NCBI GenBank assembly: GCA_038321865.1
Contig: JBBQFH010000054.1
Coordinates: 1 to 12,346 of the forward strand
Reading direction: 5' to 3'
From: Gemmatimonadales bacterium
Lineage (GTDB): Bacteria; Gemmatimonadota; Gemmatimonadetes; Gemmatimonadales; GWC2-71-9
DNA: 12,346 bases
Part shown: piece by piece, positions 6,949 to 12,346 of the stretch
How the letters are laid out: every line of letters starts with the position of its first letter
Position numbering within the stretch: the first letter of the stretch is position 1
Notes under the pieces: generated by a model
Told to the model about the DNA's origin: nothing
The model's database searches: none
Seen by the model: only the letters and a program-made list of their open reading frames with translations
Position numbers and translations under genes: made by a program

Positions 6949-6978
6949 ATGAGACGGACCGTGGTGGCCGGATTGCTC
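6949..6978 (-). promoter_or_regulatory. Candidate ECF promoter upstream of the Ig4-Kelch gene (GAGCAATC-N7-CACGGTCCGTCTCAT)
   Basis: Shares GCAATC, CACGGT and GTCT (16 of 25 positions) with 4633-4657, and GAGCAAT plus TCCGT.TCAT with 3761-3790. Confidence 0.62.
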
Positions 6979-6983
6979 AGACA

Positions 6984-7007
6984 TACGGCCCGCCGCGCCG
7001 GGCCGCA
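6984..7007 (-). terminator. GC hairpin (CGGCCCG-6nt loop-CGGGCCG) about 20 nt after the MFS stop; possible weak terminator
   Basis: Perfect 7-bp stem 6986-6992/6999-7005, extendable by a G-U and an A-U pair. The U-tract is poor (TATGTCT), and the hairpin overlaps the CTTGCGGC-N15-GTATGTCT motif. Confidence 0.3.
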
Positions 7008-7024
7008 AGATCAGCCGGGGCCCG

Positions 7025-8533
7025 TCAGGCCGCCGGGGCCACCCGCCGCATGTCCCGCGCAACGGTCCGCGCCGCCAGCAGCACCACCAGCCCGCCCGCC
7101 AGCGCCACGCTCGGCAGCACCAGCACCGCGCGGTCGATGCCGAACCGGTCGGAGAGCGCACCGACCAGCGGGAACGAGATCGTGTCGCCGGCGAGGTGGA
7201 TGAACAGCAGGTAGGCACCCGCGACCGTCGCGCTGATGCGCGCTGGCACGACGTCGAAGATCACCGCGGCGATCGGTCCGTTGAACCAGGAGAGGAAGAA
7301 GAATGCCGCGCAGAAGATGGGAACGAAGTGCCCCATGTCGCGGACCGTGAGCAGCCAGATCGCCAGCGGCGCGCCGATCAGCAGCCCGGCGGAGATCGTC
7401 AGGACCCGGGCCATCGCCGTGTAGCGCCGGAGCCAGTCGGCGATGAGTCCGCCAAACAGCGCGCCCGCCGTTCCCGCCACCAACCCGTACGTTCCCAGCA
7501 GTACCGCCGCCTGGCTGACCGACAGGCCCAGCTCCCGTGACATGAACGTCGGCGCCCAGCCGACGATCCCGTTCATGCCGAACGAGATCAGCGCGCCGCC
7601 GAGGAAGACGTATACCAGCGTCGGCGTCCGGAGGACCGTCCGCAACGCGCCCACCAGCTCGTCGAACGCTCCTTCGATCGCCCCGTCGGCCGGGAGGTCC
7701 GAGCCGGGTGCGCGCCGGACGCGCAGCACCCACTGGCGGATGTTCAACGCCAATCCGACCGCCACGGCGGAGCCGAAGAGCGCGGCGTCGGCCTTGCTGT
7801 CGGCGTTGCTGCGGTTGAGCCACAGCGCGCCGATGCCGCCGACGGTCACCGCCACGATGAGCGGCAGGAAGTAGCGCGCCAGCGCGCTCAGGCCCAGCTC
7901 GAGATCCCGCACGTAGGTGCGGAGCGAGAGGGCGTCGAGCGAACGGGATGGGTCGCGGAGCCGGGCGGAAAGCACCGCCAGCAGGAATCCCGGCAGACCC
8001 ACCACCACCAGCGCGGTGCGCCAGCCGTATGCGCCACCCAGTTTGCCGCCCAGCCAGATCCCCACCACGCCGCCCACGGTAATGCCGGCCGAGAGCACGC
8101 CCATGGCGAACGCCCGCCCGCGATGGGGGAAATAATCGGCCACGAGCGACTGCGACGCCGCGCCGAACGCGGCACCGCCGAGGCCGACCGCCGCGCGGCA
8201 GAGGATCAGTCCGCCGAATGAGCTCACCAGCCCGCTCAGCACGGTGAACACGCTCCAGATCAGCACGCCGCCGGTGACCACCGCACGGCGTGACCGGAGA
8301 TCGCCCAGGACGCCGAACGGCAGCGCCGCGAGCGAGAAGACCAGCACGTACGCCGAAGCCACCCAGCCGAGCTGGGCGTCGCTGACGTGAAGGTCGAGCT
8401 TGATCGGTTCGAAGAGGGCGAAGACGACGCTGCGGTTGACGTAGCTCAGCAGGTTGAGCACGGCGAGGAGGCCGAGCGCATACATCGCGTACGGCCGCGC
8501 GGTGACGGGGCGCTCGCCGCTTGGGCGGCTCAC
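7025..8533 (-). CDS. Major facilitator superfamily transporter, spinster-like (502 aa)
   Basis: The track ORF 7025..9028 is over-extended. GTG at 8533 overlaps the LOG stop (GTGA). MFS motif A-like GVLGDLRSRR; N-terminal NLLSYVNRS; SLVADYFP..RGRAFA; GGLIADWLRR; VGALSDRFG. Confidence 0.92.
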   Translation of the reverse strand: MSRPSGERPVTARPYAMYALGLLAVLNLLSYVNRSVVFALFEPIKLDLHVSDAQLGWVASAYVLVFSLAALPFGVLGDLRSRRAVVTGGVLIWSVFTVLSGLVSSFGGLILCRAAVGLGGAAFGAASQSLVADYFPHRGRAFAMGVLSAGITVGGVVGIWLGGKLGGAYGWRTALVVVGLPGFLLAVLSARLRDPSRSLDALSLRTYVRDLELGLSALARYFLPLIVAVTVGGIGALWLNRSNADSKADAALFGSAVAVGLALNIRQWVLRVRRAPGSDLPADGAIEGAFDELVGALRTVLRTPTLVYVFLGGALISFGMNGIVGWAPTFMSRELGLSVSQAAVLLGTYGLVAGTAGALFGGLIADWLRRYTAMARVLTISAGLLIGAPLAIWLLTVRDMGHFVPIFCAAFFFLSWFNGPIAAVIFDVVPARISATVAGAYLLFIHLAGDTISFPLVGALSDRFGIDRAVLVLPSVALAGGLVVLLAARTVARDMRRVAPAA

Positions 8534-9318
8534 TGATCCGGGTACTGAAAATCCGGATCGCCGGCCACCGGCACCTGCGGACGCTCCTCGCGCGCGCGGA
8601 TGACGATGTCGGCCGCCTCCTTCGGATCGTCGGTCAGGCGGAACAGCGTCAGGTCGTTCGGGCCGACCTTGCCTTCCTTCAGTACCGTGTCCTTGATCCA
8701 GTCGATCAGCCCCGCCCAGTACTTCGTGCCGAAGAGGATGACGGGGAAATGCTTCACCTTGCCCGTCTGGATCAGGGTCAGGGCCTCGAAGAGCTCGTCC
8801 AGCGTGCCGAAGCCGCCGGGAAAGACGATGAAGGCCGTGGAATATTTCACGAACATCGTCTTCCGGACGAAGAAGAAGCGGAAGTTGATGCTGCGGCGAA
8901 CGTACGGGTTGGTGCCCTGCTCGAACGGCAGTTCGATGTTGCAGCCGATGGAAATGCCGCCCCCCTCCACCGCCCCGCGGTTCGCCGCCTCCATGATGCC
9001 GGGCCCGCCACCGGTAATGATGGGGCACCCGGCCTCAGCCAGGAGCCGCGCCGTTTCGACCGCCGCCTGGTAGTGCGGATCGGTCGGGGGGGTGCGCGCC
9101 GAACCGAAGATCGAGACGCCGTCGATGATGTCGCCCAGATTGTCGAACCCCTCGACGAACTCTCCCATGATCCGGAACACCCGCCACGGATCGGTCTTGA
9201 GCAGCGCGTCGGGACGGTAGCGGGTCTGCGGCCCCTCGAGGAGAACTTCGTCCTCGGTGGGCCGCTTCATGTCACCGCTCTTGCGGTAGGGGCTGTTCGG
9301 AAAGCTCGAATCAGTCAC
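8530..9318 (-). CDS. LOG family (TIGR00730-type Rossmann fold) nucleotide phosphoribohydrolase
   Basis: Motifs VSIFGSAR, ITGGGPGIMEAANRGA, FFVRKTMFVKYS and PGGFGTLDELFE. The GTG start overlaps the upstream stop (GTGACTGA). Confidence 0.95.
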   Translation of the reverse strand: MTDSSFPNSPYRKSGDMKRPTEDEVLLEGPQTRYRPDALLKTDPWRVFRIMGEFVEGFDNLGDIIDGVSIFGSARTPPTDPHYQAAVETARLLAEAGCPIITGGGPGIMEAANRGAVEGGGISIGCNIELPFEQGTNPYVRRSINFRFFFVRKTMFVKYSTAFIVFPGGFGTLDELFEALTLIQTGKVKHFPVILFGTKYWAGLIDWIKDTVLKEGKVGPNDLTLFRLTDDPKEAADIVIRAREERPQVPVAGDPDFQYPDQ

Positions 9319-10462
9319 GGGTCAGTCGCTCGATGGCGGCGCGGTGGTCGTCCCGCACGTTGTAGAAGTAGGGCGACACGCGAACGTGGCCGGGACGCGC
9401 GTCGGTGACGATGTGCGCATCGGCGAGGCGCTTCACATCGCGGTGGGGATCATCGCTCGGCAGCATGACGATCGCCGTCCGCTCGGCCGCGTCGGGCGCC
9501 ACCTTGGGCCGGAGCCCCGCCGCCCAGGCGCACTCGATCAGATCCTCCGTCAGCTCCATGGTCCGCCGCCGGATCTCGGCACTGCCGAGCGCTTCGAGAA
9601 TGTCCAACCCGCCCAGCTGCGCGTAAACCGGCAGGAGCGGCGGCGTGCCCGCCTCGAAGCGGCGAGCGTCGTCGTGGAACTCGAGCGAGCGCGGGTCGAA
9701 GCGGAACTGCTCCCGGTGGGAGAACCAGCCGGTGGCCTGCGGGAACGACGCCGGCGTGAGGTGCGGCGCGGCATAGAGGAACGCGACGCCGGTGCCGCCC
9801 AGCAGCCACTTGAGCCCGCCCGCGCAGTAGAAGTCCACCCCCAGCGCCTTGACGTCCACCGGAATCTGGCCGGCCGCCTGGTAGCCGTCGATCAGGGCGA
9901 GCGCGCCCCGCCGGTGGGCGATGCCGGCGATCGCCTTCGCGTCCTGGATCGCGCCGCTGGTGAAGAAGACGTGGCTGGTCGCGATGATGGCGGTGCGGTC
10001 ATCGACCGCGCGCTCGATCAGCTCGAGCGGGACCCGGGTGTCGTCCGGACTCTCGATCACGACCACCTCGACGCCGCGCGCTGCCTTGGCCAGCCACTGG
10101 TACGCGATGGTCGGGAAGTCGAGACTGGTGACGACGACCCGGGGCCGCTTCGAGTAATCGAGCGACTCGCCCACCGCGGTCAGCGCCGAGGAGATGTTGG
10201 GATGGAGCGCGATCTCGGATCCCGGCGCGCCGACCACCCGGCCGTACCGGGTCCGCAGCTCATCCAGCGATGCCCACCACACGTCGTACCACGCGGCCGC
10301 ACCCCGAGTCTCCCAGAGATCGAGGTACTCGTTCACCTTCGCACGGGCTCGACCCGACAGCGCGCCCAGGGAGCAGCTGTTGAGGTAGGTCGAATGCCGG
10401 AAGATGGGGAACTCGTCGCGATAGTTCCCCACTGCGGCGCCGGCCGGGGCGGTGGTCGTCAT
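9311..10462 (-). CDS. Aminotransferase class V-fold PLP-dependent enzyme, kynureninase-like
   Basis: YLNSCSLG, DFPT, SHVFFTSG, IDGYQAAG, PLP lysine in GGLKWLLGG, GWFSH, RFEAGTPP, VRVSPYFYN. The substrate cannot be assigned by eye. Confidence 0.92.
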   Translation of the reverse strand: MTTTAPAGAAVGNYRDEFPIFRHSTYLNSCSLGALSGRARAKVNEYLDLWETRGAAAWYDVWWASLDELRTRYGRVVGAPGSEIALHPNISSALTAVGESLDYSKRPRVVVTSLDFPTIAYQWLAKAARGVEVVVIESPDDTRVPLELIERAVDDRTAIIATSHVFFTSGAIQDAKAIAGIAHRRGALALIDGYQAAGQIPVDVKALGVDFYCAGGLKWLLGGTGVAFLYAAPHLTPASFPQATGWFSHREQFRFDPRSLEFHDDARRFEAGTPPLLPVYAQLGGLDILEALGSAEIRRRTMELTEDLIECAWAAGLRPKVAPDAAERTAIVMLPSDDPHRDVKRLADAHIVTDARPGHVRVSPYFYNVRDDHRAAIERLTRD

Positions 10463-10470
10463 AGGGCCGG

Positions 10471-10476
10471 AATATA
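10471..10476 (-). promoter_or_regulatory. -10 element TATATT for the PLP enzyme-LOG-MFS operon; probably a (near-)leaderless transcript
   Basis: TATATT lies 8 nt upstream of the ATG at 10462, and there is no SD-like sequence in between. Confidence 0.55.
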
Positions 10477-10512
10477 CCCGAGTTGCCTAGCGGTGAAACG
10501 GCGGCAAGTTGC

Positions 10513-10521
10513 TGTTAGCTT
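10513..10521 (+). promoter_or_regulatory. Extended -10 element (TG-T-TAGCTT) for the hypothetical-ndh-queG operon
   Basis: TGnTAnnnT pattern; GTGAAA lies 17 nt upstream of the hexamer; GGAG RBS at 10541-10544 precedes the ATG at 10550. Confidence 0.45.
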
Positions 10522-10549
10522 GGTGTAGCCACACACCCATGGAGCCGCG

Positions 10550-10843
10550 ATGGCCGACCCGACGCCGACGCCCGATCCCCGCTACGCGGGATCGTGGAGC
10601 GCACTTGCGTTCCGCCTGGTCGGACGCGCCATCGTGAATCCCCGGCTCGCCGCCGACCTCGTCAAGGCCGGCTGGGCCTTTCGCCGGCGAGGGTGGTGGC
10701 GCTCGCCGCCGTTCCTGCCGCTGCCCGATCGCACCTACCTCCGATGGCGCATGTACACCGCCTACGCCAGCGAGGACGCCGTGCCACCGGCCGACGACGT
10801 GACCCGGTTCGCGCGCTGGCGGCGGGAAACGATGGGCCTGTGA
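10550..10843 (+). CDS. Small Arg/Trp-rich hypothetical protein (97 aa)
   Basis: GGAG RBS; GC3-rich codons; stop overlaps the ndh start (GTGA); fills the gap between the promoter and ndh. Confidence 0.82.
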   Translation: MADPTPTPDPRYAGSWSALAFRLVGRAIVNPRLAADLVKAGWAFRRRGWWRSPPFLPLPDRTYLRWRMYTAYASEDAVPPADDVTRFARWRRETMGL

Positions 10844-12132
10844 CCCCCCGCGTCGTGGTGCTGGGAGGCGGATTCGCCGGCCTTCACGCGGCCAAGGGCC
10901 TCGGCGGGGCGCCGGCGCGGGTGACGGTAGTGGATCGCCACAATCATCACCTGTTTCAGCCGATGCTCTACCAGGTGGCCACGGCGGCGCTGAGCCCCGG
11001 CGACATCGCCTCGCCGATCCGCTCGATCCTCCGGCGTCAGAAGAACGCCGAGGTACTGCTCGCCGAGGCCACTGCGATCGACCTGGCCAACCGGCGAGTC
11101 GTGCTGGCGGACGGCCCGTCGCTGGAGTACGACTACCTCGTCGTCGCCACCGGCGCCAATCATTCCTACTTCGGACGGGACGATTGGGCTCCGTTCGCAC
11201 CCGGGCTCAAGACGATCGAGGACGCGCTGGAGATGCGCCGCCGCGTTCTCCTCGCCTTCGAGCACGCCGAGATGGAGCCCGATCCCGTCAAACGGCAGGC
11301 CTTTCTCAACTTCGTAATCGTGGGCGGCGGGCCCACCGGAGTCGAGCTGGCTGGCGCGCTGGCGGAGATCAAGCGGTACGTGCTGCGCCGCGACTTCCGG
11401 CGCATCGATCCGCGCGAGGCCATCGTCATCCTGATCGAGGGTGGCAAGCGGCTTCTGCCGACCTATCCGCCCGAGCTCAGCGACAAAGCCAAGCAGAGTC
11501 TCCGAAACCTCGGCGTCGACGTGCGGACCGAAATGATGGTGACGGAGATCGGCCCCGACGCAGTGGTAGCCGCGGGGTGGCGCATCCCGGCGCACACGGT
11601 GCTGTGGGCCGCGGGCAACCTCGCCAGTCCGCTCCTCAAGACGCTGGGCGTGCCGCTCGACCGGCAGGGCCGGGTGATGGTGAATCCGGATTGCACCGTT
11701 CCGGATCATCCCGAGGTCTTCGTGCTGGGTGACGCCGCCAACTTTGCCCACGACCCCGCCGGCCCGGTGCCCGGGGTGTGCCCCGCCGCGATTCAGATGG
11801 GTCAGTACGCTGGACGCACGATCGGGGCGGAGCTGCGCTCCTCCGGCGCCCGCGGCGCGGCGGCACGCAAACCCTTCCATTACTGGAACAAGGGCGAGCT
11901 CGCCGTGATCGGCCGGGGCCGGGCCGTGGCCGATATCGGGCGGCTCCATTTCGGCGGGTTCATCGCCTGGCTGATGTGGATCTTCATCCACATCTTTTTC
12001 CTGATCGGTTTCCGCAACCGGGTCATCGTGATGCTGGAGTGGGCCATCTCCTATCTGACCTACTCGCGCGGCGCGCGGCTGATCACCGGCGAGGGCGCCG
12101 GGCCGGCCGGGCAGGAGCCGGCCCGCGGATGA
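10840..12132 (+). CDS. ndh: Type II NADH:quinone oxidoreductase (NDH-2), 430 aa
   Basis: GTG at 10840 (the track ORF from 10594 is over-extended). FAD motif VVVLGGGFAGL, HHLFQPMLYQVAT, YDYLVVATGA, NADH motif VIVGGGPTGVELAG, VFVLGD, C-terminal membrane anchor AWLMWIFIHIFFLIGFRNR. Confidence 0.95.
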   Translation: MTPRVVVLGGGFAGLHAAKGLGGAPARVTVVDRHNHHLFQPMLYQVATAALSPGDIASPIRSILRRQKNAEVLLAEATAIDLANRRVVLADGPSLEYDYLVVATGANHSYFGRDDWAPFAPGLKTIEDALEMRRRVLLAFEHAEMEPDPVKRQAFLNFVIVGGGPTGVELAGALAEIKRYVLRRDFRRIDPREAIVILIEGGKRLLPTYPPELSDKAKQSLRNLGVDVRTEMMVTEIGPDAVVAAGWRIPAHTVLWAAGNLASPLLKTLGVPLDRQGRVMVNPDCTVPDHPEVFVLGDAANFAHDPAGPVPGVCPAAIQMGQYAGRTIGAELRSSGARGAAARKPFHYWNKGELAVIGRGRAVADIGRLHFGGFIAWLMWIFIHIFFLIGFRNRVIVMLEWAISYLTYSRGARLITGEGAGPAGQEPARG

Positions 12133-12346
12133 CAGTCCGAGCGGAAGAGGTTCGGACGCGGGCGCAGGAGCTGGGATTCATCGCCTGCGGCATCACCGAC
12201 ACCGCGCCCACCGCCCATGCCGATCGGCTCGATGCCTGGCTGGCCCGCGGATACGCCGGTACCATGCGCTATCTCCACCGCCAGGCCCGCCGACGAAAGG
12301 AACCGCAGGCGATCAGCATCGACGCGCGATCCGTAGTAGTTGTTCT
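12129..12346 (+). CDS. queG: tRNA epoxyqueuosine(34) reductase QueG, 5' part only
   Basis: Not in the ORF track. ATG at 12129 overlaps the ndh stop (ATGA). Translates to MTVRAEEVRTRAQELGFIACGITDTAPTAHADRLDAWLARGYAGTMRYLHRQARRRKEPQAISIDARSVVVV, matching the QueG N-terminus (ELGF..CGI, WL..G..G.M.YL, R..P......RSV.V). The Fe-S motifs would lie outside the window. Confidence 0.85.
   Translation, partial: MTVRAEEVRTRAQELGFIACGITDTAPTAHADRLDAWLARGYAGTMRYLHRQARRRKEPQAISIDARSVVVV

Noticed and set aside
7014..7040. GCCGGGGCC direct repeat at the cluster boundary as an att site or target-site duplication
   Set aside because: Only 9 bp of pure GC, with no integrase, transposase or tRNA nearby; likely chance.
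8534..9028. N-terminal extension of the MFS ORF overlapping LOG; likewise extensions 2837-3034, 6888-6938 and 10594-10839
   Set aside because: Better starts exist with an RBS or start/stop coupling. Three of the extensions overlap neighbouring genes in another frame, and 6888-6938 lies upstream of the RBS-supported start.
8521..11991. ORFs 8521-9408 (+), 9344-10528 (+), 10487-11200 (-) and 10762-11991 (-)
   Set aside because: Antisense to the LOG, PLP enzyme and ndh genes, with no recognisable motifs.

Overview
GC-rich bacterial DNA; gene content and protein styles suggest Gemmatimonadota, which is my inference and not a database result. The window has two parts. (A) 1-6881, all minus strand, is an accessory signalling/surface-protein cluster. 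In transcription order it holds a lipoprotein with four tandem Ig-like repeats and a six-bladed Kelch propeller (4686-6881), an ECF-type sigma factor with what looks like an extra sigma4-like helix-turn-helix in its linker (3825-4589), a membrane anti-sigma factor with two tandem zinc-binding ZAS motifs (2947-3720), and two paralogous lipoproteins (920-2836 and <1-828). The paralogs share a ~88% identical 488-bp 5' block but have different C-termini. A motif GCAATY-N15-GTYT lies upstream of the Kelch gene, the sigma gene and the anti-sigma gene and is a candidate promoter for this sigma factor. (B) 7025-12346 is housekeeping-like: a coupled minus-strand operon (PLP class-V enzyme, LOG-family protein, spinster-like MFS transporter) divergent from a coupled plus-strand operon (97-aa hypothetical protein, type II NADH dehydrogenase, start of queG). 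I found no RNA genes, CRISPR arrays or mobile-element genes. Two real genes (<1-828 and queG) are missing from the ORF track because they run off the window edges.
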